From the NCBI GenBank assembly GCA_964276515.1, contig OZ193909.1, positions 14,632,001 to 14,696,000 of the forward strand: a stretch of 64,000 nucleotides of DNA. The letters run 5' to 3'. The notes under the pieces are model-generated. The model was given only the letters and a program-made list of their open reading frames with translations. It ran no database searches and was not told the DNA's origin. This DNA is from Gordius albopunctatus. Its lineage: Eukaryota. This document shows positions 49,901-61,878 of this stretch, in pieces (the stretch's first letter is position 1; every line of letters starts with the position of its first letter). Position numbers and translations under genes: made by a program.

Positions 49901-52900
49901 GTATAAACAAAGTTTAGATTTAGACTCAAGAGTTGAAATAAACAAAAAAAACTTTTTAATAATCGAAAAACCAAATATTAATAATAATTACAACCGACTT
50001 TGACCCGTGAAATTGAATAGGGTATTTAGGCAAAAATATATTCGCGCGATTTAAATCTGAATCCGGTATTAAGACAAGCCCTTATGCGCCTGAAATGTAA
50101 ATCTTCTCTACGACGATTTTTGCCGCGCAGCAAAATCCGATATTAAAGCATGCTAGAGAACTGCAAAGTCACCTTTTCCAGCCCGAACCCGACCCGAAAG
50201 CACGGTTTCGGGTCACCCGTGCAGTTCTCTAAGACAAGACCTAAAATGTGTGGTAATGATACAGTTAAGAAAGATGGACCTCGCAAACGGTCAATCTCCG
50301 TGCAAAACATGCTCGAAATGTGGCGTTGTCGGGCTTTGCTATACCCAGAGCTCCTTCCCGTCCGTGGCTTTCGCCTGGATTCTATCGACCCATTTACCCT
50401 GGGCCTAGTGTGGTGGCAACCGGCTTTGCTTAAGAAGAAGCAGGCACCTGCTTTCGTTTTAAGCGATATCAACACAGAGTGCTCGGGAGATGAGGGAGTC
50501 AAGGCTAAAACTTGCAAAAAGTGCTCGTGTGGAGAAATGCATATGGGTAAGAAGAGGCGTACCCTGACCCGACCAATGTTTCGCAGCCCGATATGGCCGT
50601 GTGAAGAAAAACTCTTAGCTACTGGGCTTAGTTATTGGTTGGCAGGTAATTTTGACAATAGTTTTTGTAGAAGTGTCGAAAATTTAGAAAAAAATCACTT
50701 TATTTGAATCTACGATTTTTAATAGCTTTGGAAATTTTGGCTTGAAAAATGAGATTTTTTAGACTTACTGGCTCAGGTGTCTATGTTAATTCATGGTGGA
50801 GGGGGTTGGGCCTTGTGGACAATATAAGCGTGTTATCCATCCTGTTAGGTCTCTAAATTAAATAAAAAAAATTACTAAACGACATAGTGCTTCTTTTAAT
50901 ATACAATTGTCTGATTAGTCTTTTGTCCCCATATAGCGTGAAAATAAAAGAACTGGTTTTACTAATTCGTTTAACCTAGAAAAATTATGATTTCAAGAAA
51001 GCAAATTATTTTTTTTGTGGGGCGGGGGCTTTGAAATTGAAACATTTTTTCTCTCGTGAACGGTAAATTTGGCGTTATGTTTCATTTTAAAATTGGCTTA
51101 TCTTTACCGTGTACGAAAATTTTTGAGCCTAATTTAAAACCTTAAAGTTTTGCTATTAGGGAATCTCTATATTTTACTTAGATCCATGAATTTAGCTGTT
51201 CCTTTAAAACCTTCCTTATTAGTTGTCCCGAATGTTGATTTAAATTGACATTCGGATCGTATAAGTATTATTCTAAAGCAAGTTATATCTTTTAATTTTA
51301 GTTGAGTAAGTTGTAGGAATTAACTAAACGAATTTTTTAATTATATTTTAGCTGCAAGCAGAATTTTAGGATTTATTTCATTTATATGCATAAGTAAAGA
51401 TTTTTTTAGTGTTTTAAGGGTTAGGGTAACTTTATTAGCCTAAATAACTTATTAGAAGATAACGATATAGATCTTTGTATTTAACCAATATATCTTTATT
51501 TTGGTATTAAGCTTATACGTATGTAACTTTGTTTTCGTGAAAATAAACTTTTTAACCATAAAAAAATATAAACGTATAATTTTTGAAGAGCTTAAAAAGT
51601 TGAGCGCTTTTCAATATTTACAAAACAGGGTCTTTCATAACGGGCGCAGCTGCTGCCAGTCAAGGCCTCCCTAATCGCTACTCCTTAGAAGCCGCTTCCC
51701 AAGCCGTTGTCCCATTCGAACCCGATATGGTACGGGCTTTGGTTCGAGCCATAACCGAACCTAAAAGTTTTGCTCCCACGAATAGTAACGCGGGTCGGGC
51801 CATTAAATCGCGACCTTACAGATTGATACACGACCTACTGATGCCCTGCAAAAATTACTTAACCATCGGGGCTCGGACTCGGCTCGAAGCTAATCTCTTA
51901 ATCACCTCTTACCCCCAATTTTTTGCTGGGGCAGTCGAAGAAAGTAACGAAGCGCCTGAATTGCAGCGAATGATAAGCGATAACAAAGCTTCCCCCGTTA
52001 GAACGTATTTGCTAACTGGCCGAGGCCCGGCGGTAAGTAAACTTATAACCTACGTAGACTCCAACTCGCCCATCCAATGCCCACGTGACATGATGGTCAC
52101 CGAAATTTTTGAAGACAAATTGCCGGCCTGGCTCGCTATGTGTCCGGCACTAGAGGCTAATATGACTGCTACTACTATTTCTACTACTAATGTGGAAATT
52201 ATTTCAGAACCTAGGATAAAGTGGGATTTGTTACCTCAAAACTTGGCTTGCCATGGCGTCGAGCTAAGCAATTGTGAAATAAGGGAGAATGCACCAAGTT
52301 CTGCCGATATTTCTGTTGCACTCACAACTGGTTAGTACATATATTTTTATCTTATTCATCTTTAACATGCAGTTTAGGTGTCAGAATTATCCTTTCAAAT
52401 TATTATATGTTAATTTATGATGTTTCTGTCCTTTTCGTCATTACAAGAGCGTTAATGCTGATGTGTTTATAAGATTTAGAAGTTTTTTTAAACTATGATT
52501 AAGATTTACCGTGTTCAAAAGAATTATTTCTACATCATATTTCATAACAATAAAAAGGACACCATTATGACAATATATACATCATATAACTCAAATGATC
52601 ATTACGATATTTAAGGTCACCGTGTTATAAAATAAGGACACCATCATCTCTTGCTACTGTGATGAGAAATTTAATGTAAATCCTGGATTTATACTTTTTT
52701 GAATATTAGAATTAAATAATATTTTATGATTCTGACTTGATTATTTGACTAGCCTAAGTAGGGTGTTTTGATGACAAAATTTGGGTTAAGTCATAGGTTT
52801 ATAAACTTTTAAAGGTTAAGCTGACTCGAAGGTTTGGTTTTACAATAATTAAAGGATTGTTAACCATTTCCAGAATCTGAATGCGCGGTTCCCAAACAAT

Positions 52901-55900
52901 CATTTCAACCTTCACTCCATACAATTGAACCTATATCGGGAGGGGGAGAGGAGACTATGGAAAAACTAAAATACCGAGCGAACCAGCTTAAATTAGGCAG
53001 AGAGCTCGTCAAAAAATACCTGAAATGTCAGAGAATTCAACGGCAGAGCTTAAAAAGTTTACAGGAGGCAAAACTTTTGGCTCGCAAATCAAAGTGCGAC
53101 GCGATGGTTAGCAAAGATTTCGAAACTACAAACGTGGATTTAGTAGAGATTGAGGAACCGCGAGCGGCATACGATCAACCTCGTCAACTGAGAACTAGGC
53201 AACAGTCCACGATCCCCGAAGGTATGATTTAATACAGGGGCCGTTTTAGGTTTAAGGCTTTCAAATCTCATTTATTTAGAAGCCCGATACAACACTAGAA
53301 TTAATTTAAAATATGTAATTGGATAATTAAAAAATTGTTTAAACTATTATTAGTAAAATTATTTAAGTTTATAGTTCAATTTTTTACGTTCTGGTCATTC
53401 CTAAACTAACTATTTAGAATGTTTTTGTGCCTAGTCGGGTTCGATCCTAACAAGGTGTTATACGCAATCTTTTTTTTAACTTAGAGTGACAATTTAAGTA
53501 CCTAAATTACAAAGTTGAATTTTTATATTAGGCGCTTGGGTTAGATTGAATGAATTTATGAAATTATTTTGCATCGCATTTATCCGGCCAAGATCGATAA
53601 AGGGTTGTGTTATGCGAGCTAGTTAGGAAATTCTTGGGCGTATAAAAAATTTTATCTATAAAATTGAAAGTTTTCTCTACATTTGTGTTGTAAAAACGGC
53701 TGGGTTTTTTTGGTCGACTTTTGGTCTTAGTCGAAATTTGAAAAGCAGACCACCAGAGTGGACCGTTAGTCTTAGTTAAACCCAAGGGTCGACCAAACAG
53801 AACCCCCCAGCCGGGATTACAACACTACTGTGCATGATCGACTCTGAGTAGCGTTGTTAAGTATCGCGCCGTTGTACAGTGGCCTAATTGCTTTTGCGTC
53901 AGCTTGAAGCTAGTAATTTTTGCAGTTTTTTGCGGTTAGAATTCGTCGAAGCTTTATTTATTTAAAATATTGATTGCTAACTGAATAGTTGATTTTTTAG
54001 TCATATTGTTGTTGAATATTTCTTGTTAACAATGGAAAGAATCGGCAAAAATCTTGTCCTTTTCATAGCAATACTTTGTTAGCAGGATGTCCTTTGGCTT
54101 TGCCCGTGCCCAAAAGTAAAGTTAGAAGGCGCAAGAGGCCCTCGCATGCCAACATCCTAAGTTACTTCGATAAACAGTCTAACAGAGCCACAAGCTCGCC
54201 AACCAGAAAAAAGAGCCCCTTCGGCAATATGTTCTCCAAATATCAACCATCCGAAATATCTAAGTATAATACTGTTTTTAACGGCCACAATATCTTTTTT
54301 GTCGATATTGTTACTATTTTTTTGCAAAGTGTACCCTTAAATTTTAAATGATTAATGCTTGAGACATTTTAATTAACTTTTAATTGTCTTGTCTTATTAT
54401 AGTTTGCTAAATTGTTTATTAATAAAACATAATTTAAACAGTTTTCATAGCCACTTCTAAAGATGTGTGCCCCTAAATCTTAATGGTTTGCTTTATGACA
54501 TTTTGTCTATTGTTAATTAAGCCAACAGCGTTTTAATCAAAATCTGATTTAAAAACCTTCTTAGTTAATAGCTAAAGGCAATTTTTACATTTTTAATGAA
54601 TAAACTCTAATTTCATATTGTTTTACAATAAATATTTCTTTTTATATTATCTTACTTTAGGGCAGGAGGTAAAGAAGGTAAAAGTCGTAAAGTTATGAAA
54701 AGGCATGAAATTAAGGCGGTAAACGGGCTCTCCCTTGAACCAACCTCGGATTGCCCACAAGTATACCCTAATGACTTGGAAGAACTTTTAAAAGCCTCAT
54801 CCACGGTGGGATTCGTGCCTAAAGGGCTCAGCCAGATCAAGCTTAAGAAATTGAACCAGAAGAAGAAAAGTTACGAAGAAACTATCGACCTTATCCGACA
54901 TGACTTGCTGCTGAATGATCCCCTGGTAATTTAAAAATTTGATCAACATTTTTTATAATAGCCGCAAAGCGAGCTTAGTAAGTACCCGTCCCATCTTATC
55001 AAAGTTATAATATAATATCCCATTTTCAGAAATGTTTGTAAATTTGACACTAATTTTACCTTAATCCTGTATTATTTAAGCTATATTCCGTATGGGGCGT
55101 GGGGGCGTAGTTGATATAGTCCTTGCCTTTGAAAAAGTGCTTGCGAGTTCAAATCCCGCATTCGGCACTTTGTTTCAAAAGATGTAAAATATATCACATC
55201 GGCAACACCGCTGTCAGGCCTGGATAGGCGAGCGTCACCCCTCATCCAAGAATCTAAAAAAGTTGACCACCTTAGTGTGACAAAGAGCTATTACATTTAA
55301 GCTATATTCCGAGGTTTAACATCCAAATCGGGGCAATTATTCTGCGTTTGACAATTGAAATTTGATATCTGGTCATGAAGGACTGCGTACATTGTTAAAT
55401 TTGTGATTTTTTATGGGGAGGTTTATTTATTTTTCACAAATTACCGAAAAAGTTTACTGCAAAAAATATGAGGTTTTTTGCAAATTATTTTAATAGAATT
55501 TTTTTGTGATTAAATTTTGACAAAAATAGGAAAATTGGTAAAAGACGTTTAGGTTTAATTCGTCCTTTGAACCCCCAAGACCGAAACTGATAAAAAAAGT
55601 TAAAACTACTACAATTTGTTAGGTCTATGCAATGGAATTTTAAAGATATTTAATATATTAACTGAAATCGTTGCAAATTTCATGGTTGTTTTGATATGCG
55701 ATATACCCCAAAAACTCGCTATATTTTTATATCGATTGGTGCTCCTTTATTTGCAAATAATTATAATAATGATGTAAATCGTATATAAAGACTCAGCTAT
55801 TTCTGCATTTTGTTACATCGCTAACTTATAAAACATCGAAGATGATTTAATTTTAAAGTTTTATTAAAAATGCACACGCGATTCTTGTAATTTGAATGCG

Positions 55901-58900
55901 TGGCCCGCATTGTCCCCATATAAGTGTTAGTTTAAATAACCCGGGAAAAAATGCCTTTAATAGGGGTGTCTACAATTTCGCTGTCGCAAAGAATGAGATG
56001 TTAGTGTTTTTGAACTGGTTTTTTCTAATTACAAATTTGAAAATATATAAAACATTTTTATCAATTTTTTAGAAGCAAGATAAGGAATTAGCTATCGCCA
56101 AATGCTATCTGAGCCAAGTCAAGAAAGCTTTGGGAGATGGATCGCCGGCTTACAAAGAATTTCTAAGCATATTGATCTCGTGCCCCGAAATCGACGCATC
56201 TTCAGCTTGCCTGGTTATTTTATTTTTAAACAAATCCATTAACTATAGGAGTTTTCCAGCAATTTTTATTTATTATATTGCAAAAAATGCGCTGTTTTTA
56301 AATTATCTTGTATAACAAGGTTTTTTAATTTTTAATTTACTTGGAGATTTAATTAAATAAATTTTGAGCTTGCTTAATTTTTCTTATATTGTGTATAAAA
56401 GACTGAATATACTTATATATAAAATTATAATAATTATTGAGATTTTTGATAAATTATATTAATCTAATATAAGATATACGAGAGGGTTAGTCTTATATTG
56501 GGCCATAGACCGGAATTGTTAGCCGCATTTTCGATATTCCTGCCGATGGAAACGCTCATTAACCACAAATATTTGACCCAAAATATGGTCATGACCAACA
56601 TACGAGTTTTCTTGAGAAAACTAGAGGTTTAATGCTTAAATTACTCGTTTAACTTAATAATTTAAATCTAATATTTAAATATTAAATGTATCAAATATAT
56701 TTGCTTCATTTTAAGTTTTTTTTATTAGAAATGCTAATATTTTATTCCTTTGCTTATATACAATACTAATTGCTAAAATATAAACTATAAATAAAAATCT
56801 CAATGACTGTGCTTTGCAATAATATTTTGAAGCTCTCATAAAATTCTTATACTACTTTAGGTACATTTGGCCAAAACGCCCGGATTTTATCGTAAAACCG
56901 TGAGGAAATTGAATAATTGGCGCCTATCTAACGGCACAACGAAAGAATTGTTTGCTCTTCTTGCGGGATGTGTGAAGGGCAACGCCTACTTAAAATCCGA
57001 AATGCAGAGGCTCTTCCCTGACTCTTCTCCACCCAAATTTAAGTAACACCCTATATTTGATTGTGTCAGTAATAAATGTATAAATTAAATTAATGTTATT
57101 ATTGAAAAACGAATAAAAGCAACGAGATAGCACCTTAGCCTGAATTTCGTTAGAATGCTTTTTGTTTTCTTATTGCATTTGGACGTAATTTTGAAATATT
57201 GTACTGATGGCATGGCAAATGGTAATAACGAGTGTTATCGATTCTTTGACTTGGAAACAATAGCTATTATATGGTTTTAGCCTTCTTACTCAGTTTTTAA
57301 AAAAAGCACATGTGATTTTGCATGAAACAACCTTCATTTAATCACATTATTTTTGTCTTAGTTGTGCAGAAAGATTTAATATCTTTGAAAATATCAATTG
57401 GGGATTGACAAATATTTGCAGAGTTGTTATTGGGTAAATTTTTGTAAAGCTTTTGAAAAGTTCTTATCACTACGCTTATTACCGTTTGCTTTATCGATAT
57501 ATTTCTTGTGTCCTACTGACCCAAAAAGCCAATAGACGTTGAATGTGTCATAATGTTAAATTTGGAAATGTAGTCTTAAGGATTTGGTTATTTTGTAATG
57601 CTATATGATCCCTCTATTTTCTTCATCAGTTGTCACGAGGATGATTTCGAATTTATCGATTTAACGAACAAGTCTCAACCCGGGCTAAAACGCACCAACA
57701 AAAAATGTCAAACAACAACGACGGCACAACTACAGGCGGATGAAGATGACAATTTGGCTGGAACGACTTCACTCGAAGAGGATTTAGATTTGGAATTTGA
57801 AGATTTATCTCACCTTTTAGCTGCACCCGTTAAACACCCAAGCAATTTCTACGGAAATAGCAGTTTGCACGTAGGCGGCAATAAGTTTTCAAAAACAATC
57901 ACATCAATGCAAATCGACGGGTTACCGTCAAATCATGCCTCGACGAATTTCGCTAAAGACCCCCCTAATATATCGCTGTCCAATGCAAAAAAAAGTATGA
58001 ATTGTCACACCTCTGCTGGAATCGAGACACAAATAACTGGTAACGGGGTGCAAAGCTTTAGACCGTCCCAAAAGGAAGATCAAAGTGCCGATAACAGGAA
58101 CAAACGCTTAAAAACCAACACCAAAGACTCCTCTGTAAGTTGTAATGATATTAATTAGATTGATCAATTTAAGTATTAGGGTTTTTATGAGATTTAGCCC
58201 CTCTAAATTATTATGCAATATAGCTTTAAGGCCTCCTGACTATATGTTATAGCTTATAGCGTCTTATGTGGTGTAGCTAGAGCCCTGCACGGGCCACCTC
58301 GGGTAAAATTTAATAAAACAATCGGGCTCGGGTCGGGCCTGATGAGGCGGCCCGACTTAAGGCCTGAGCACGGCCCGATATGACTAAAGCAAACTAATCT
58401 TTTATAAAATATGATTTAGACAAACTCAACTCGATATTAAATAATTATCTTCGTACACCATACACAATATAGCTTCCAAGCTTCAGCTTTTTCCCCTTGT
58501 CTATAATATTTTGACCTAAATTGCAAATCTTATTCTATAGTATTTAAATAAATTCATAGTAGCTATTACTTAAGGAATTAAATAGGGAAATTTTTTTAAA
58601 AGTTTTTTATTTGGAACTGTTAGATAAGAAATATTTTATAAAGTTCGATTTCCAGTTTTATATTATTGGCGGAATAAATGAAAATTTTATTTCAAACTTA
58701 TCCTAGTTGTAAATTACGATTAATAACAATTTAATGCATTATGTATTTTTTATTTGAAAAATCGAGTCGGGCCAAAAATAAAAAAGTCCCTCGGGCCGGG
58801 CTCGGGCAGAAAAATTAGCTATCTAATTCCATTTCCTTCTCTCTAGTGTTAAGACAGCACTTGATGTCACGATTTCCATATAAAACAGCTTTTCCATCAT

Positions 58901-59284
58901 TTGTCACATCATAATCTACATGTTGCATACTTATTTCCAGTTATCAGAGGTAATAATAACTAAATATGCCTAAACCTTTATTCAGGTCCAAGTTCTTAAC
59001 CCATTCTCCATTACGCGATTAACCGATAATGCAGCAAGCAATAATATTCCCAGATCATCGACAGTTCGTACTTTTACCAAAATTAAGATAGTCCATGGCA
59101 AAATGGAAGACCAAGTTGATAAAAGCGACGTAAAAACAAATTTTTCATCGGAACCACCGAATCCTATCAGCAAAGGCTCCTCATCTCAAATCGTAAGTTT
59201 ATAGAATTGCAAAAAAAAATTTCGTGTATTAATTCATTTAAATAGGTTACACCTCTTCCAAACGGTTGCGAAAAAATTAGCTGA
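43912..59284 (+). CDS. GON4L: GON-4-like / Mute / YY1AP-family transcriptional co-regulator with PAH domains
   Basis: In-frame GT-AG exons: 43912-44022, 44063-44275, 44312-44488, 44527-44557, 44615-44854, 45302-45523, 47322-47698, 48503-48650, 50265-50645, 51629-52330, 52874-53221, 54083(or 54086)-54263, 54661-54925, 56073-56213, 56474-56626, 56861-57042, 57630-58134, (58941-58949), 58986-59192, 59246-59284. Family motifs: LEDVANKNNLSAINVKSII, EDPEY..EDLRNDRAVHVSRKELNELLNELF, QMRKHVQLLTQ, DPLKQDKELAIAKCYLSQVKKAL, FLRKLE. The start and the last exons are less certain. Confidence 0.9.
46025..46480. mobile_element. hAT family B copy in a GON4L intron, opposite orientation to 37860
   Basis: Reverse-complement similarity to 37860-38317 and 42775-43146. 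Boundaries are approximate. Confidence 0.65.
49406..50081. mobile_element. PIF/Harbinger MITE of the same family, inserted in inverted orientation in the outer copy
   Basis: TIRs GGGCTTGTCTTAAT / ATTAAGACAAGCCC with TTA TSD at 49403-49405 and 50082-50084. The outer copy resumes exactly after it. Confidence 0.85.
49420..49728. mobile_element. Tandem dimer of hAT MITEs (49420-49559 and 49568-49728)
   Basis: Each unit has TAGAGGTGTGCA / TGCACACCTCTA TIRs and GATCG repeats. The spacer is the 8-bp ATACACAC. The outer 8-bp TSD is GTCTTAAT. Confidence 0.92.
50154..50231. mobile_element. 78-bp hAT-like MITE
   Basis: Perfect 12-bp TIR TAGAGAACTGCA / TGCAGTTCTCTA with CCCGA repeats. No TSD. Confidence 0.8.
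53684..53827. mobile_element. hAT-like MITE family C (partial copies also end at ~49127 and ~63554)
   Basis: Ends (T)TGTGTTGTAA...TTACAACACTA with GTCGAC/GACCAAA repeats. Confidence 0.7.
55091..55294 (+). mobile_element. tRNA-derived SINE in a GON4L intron
   Basis: A-box-like GGCGTAGTTGATATAG and B-box GAGTTCAAATCC in a tRNA-like head. Exact 17-bp TSD ATTTAAGCTATATTCCG at 55074-55090 and 55295-55311. Confidence 0.9.
58279..58826. mobile_element. hAT-like non-autonomous element
   Basis: Starts TAGAGCCCTGCAC with TCGGGC repeats at both ends. The right end is degraded. Confidence 0.55.
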
Positions 59285-59819
59285 ATCCATCTTGGAAGAC
59301 GTTGTTATCTTTTAATTGCTATGCAATTTGTTTTGTATTTATATCTAATCGAGACCTATCAAAATAAAAAATGATCATTTTTAATTGTGTTAAATGAGTG
59401 AAAAGGGGAATCTTGTTTAAATTTTCTCAGAATTTGGTTATGTACTCTTTTTTAACGATATAGCCGGTATAATTTGAAAAATGGCTAATAACAAAAAGTC
59501 TCTTTAAAATTTTTTGTGTGAAAATATATTATTTGGCCAAAATTATGCGTTGTCTGCCATAAAGTTCGATACGGCTGTTGTTTAGGAAATCGTTGATTTA
59601 AAAATGCCAATTTTCTTTTAATTATATATATTAGGGATTAAGTTAAATGATATATGAGCTTAATTTAATATAGTGGAAGAGAAATCTTTACTTCTTGTGA
59701 ATTCAGTCCCACAGCTGTGGAGTGATAAGTTTACCTCTTAATCAAGTAGAAGTGAGGCCGAATGTTAAAATCTTTACTTTTTTTATAGGCATTTCTGAAC
59801 CCAAAAGGAACTAGTTATC

Positions 59820-60262
59820 ATCTTATTTCTTTATTCACTTGCTCTTTCCATGTAATACGGGGTCGTTCTCTTCCTCTCGCCACCTCCATTTCCAATATTT
59901 TTCAATTTACATCATTCGCATCCGTTCCCACCATATTAGCCGATTTTCATTTATCATGTCCGCCGTTGTGTACCCATTTTCCACAGATGCAGTCAATTAC
60001 TTTGTTCCAAAGTTTTAACTTTTCTTCAGTAGCCTAAAATATCCAAGTTTCATTTCATCTGAACATCGTTAGACTTTGACCACTCTATTCCCTCTTCTAC
60101 CTCCCGAGCTTTACTTCCCTTCCACTTCGTCTCCTATAGGCTTAACCTCTTTCTTTTCAAGTCAGGTGGAAACCCTAGTGTCACCAGCTGGTTTACGATC
60201 TAACGACATCATTTTGGAATGAGTTTTTACAGGATTAGTTTTTTTACCTGATGCCAGCCCAT
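59820..60262 (-). mobile_element. Internally deleted RTE derivative
   Basis: The minus strand encodes ETKWKGSKARE (APE motif, ~60100-60135) and ADMINENRLIW...RERPRITWKEQV (RTE C-terminus, ~59823-59964), the latter closely matching the fragment at 14500. Confidence 0.7.
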
Positions 60263-61878
60263 GAGCAATTTGTTGCATCAAGATATTTAGACCACTGTTT
60301 TATAAAAATATTTTGTTCATGCTGACTGGGCTTACCAAATATTTTCAAGGAATAATTTGTTTAGTAACTTTACAATTTTATCATATTTATTAGCGTGTAG
60401 CTCAAACATAAAAATATTTTGTATTAAATAAATCAAAAATATTTAGGTTTCGAATATAATGAATACACGTCACACGACCAAAAAATTAATAATCTATCAA
60501 ATGTTTATTAGAAATTGTTCCACTAACTGTTCGTTCACACTACTTAAAAAGTTTCAAGTCTAGAAAATATTTATGATTAAAAGGCGATATACATCTAAAA
60601 TCGCCGTTTAAATAAACTAGAAACGTTATCAAAATGTCAACTTCTGCGTTTTATACTTAATTCTAAGTCGATAAAAACCCATGAAGAGAAGTCGATGAAA
60701 ATTGACAAACACTATAATCCTCTATAATTAAGACACTAAAAAGACAACGACTTTATCAATATTTTATAGATGTTTAAAAATACGTATCACTTTGAACCTT
60801 TTCATCGTATATGCTTTAAAACTCTGTACATTGTTAATGCTAATCTAGAGTTGTTGTGTATGGATAAATAAAGAATATCTATTTGATAATATATTAATGA
60901 CTGAGCTGGGAGTAGGGTAATTCTAGGAAAATTGCTTGATGGGGAAGGTGGAGCTGTGTGAACCTTTCTGATATATTAAATAATAGGGTCTGAGGAATCG
61001 ACTGAGTAGAATATCAAAAAAAGAGGATGATATAATTTTTTGAAGGGGGGGGACATGTAATAACGTAAGAGTAAAGAATTTTCAGAAACATTCATATACA
61101 TTAATTAATAAGATAATAATAACTTATATCATAAATTTAAGAATGAATATACATGGTATGCAATATATTTTTCTATCCTAGTCATAATTAGGGGGGTATA
61201 AGTGTTTATAATAATACTATGCATAATGATGAGATGATTCGAAGTGGTAATACATCTAACAAACAAACATACTAAGACGGGGAGGAATTCAAATAAATAA
61301 TCTTTATCGTACGGTGTAGTAACTAATGCCTAAAAACGTTTGAAACACCTTTTTACATCGTCGAGTCGGCTTTTAAAAAAGATTATAATAGGAAAATGGG
61401 TGCCGATTGATTGCATAATAAAAGGTGATGGGGAAGGGGACCGGGAGGAGAGATAGATAAAAATCGAGACAAATCCTCTAAAACATGATAAGATATGATG
61501 AGTGTAAGTGTAGTTATGATAGAAGATTTACGACATCAAAACGGTGATTATTGAGTTTAACCATATGCCCCCCCCCTACCCTTTGCTTCAGTATGTGTGG
61601 ATTAATCTTTTAAAAATTTGTGTGGGTAAAAACTCGTGAACGACTTCCTATTAGGAATTAGCAAGGTGCATGGAAAAATGGAAAATGTACGTAATGATAA
61701 CAACAAGAAGATGATGATATACAAACGCGCGTGTAAAGTGATATAGAAGAGGAGTAAATTAGAAGACGTGTGTATGTGAAGTAGAAAAGGGTGAAGTAAA
61801 TATGGTGGTGGTATCAAAATGGGACCACAAACGAGTAAGGGGCTGGGCGGCGGGCGGGGTTAGAATTTAATTCACGAA

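Larger units (their letters stand above)
49152..50241. mobile_element. PIF/Harbinger (Tourist-like) MITE, outer copy, hosting nested insertions
   Basis: TIRs GGACTTGTCTCAATATCGGATT and AATCCGATATTA...AGACAAGACC (interrupted), with TAA on both sides. Confidence 0.8.

Noticed and set aside
50143..50517. 124-aa minus-strand ORF, and the N-terminal part of ORF 50150-50707
   Set aside because: The minus ORF is antisense to a GON4L exon. The sequence before 50265 is MITE-derived intron.
55094..55168. Functional tRNA gene
   Set aside because: The cloverleaf is poor, and the sequence is the head of a TSD-flanked 204-bp SINE.
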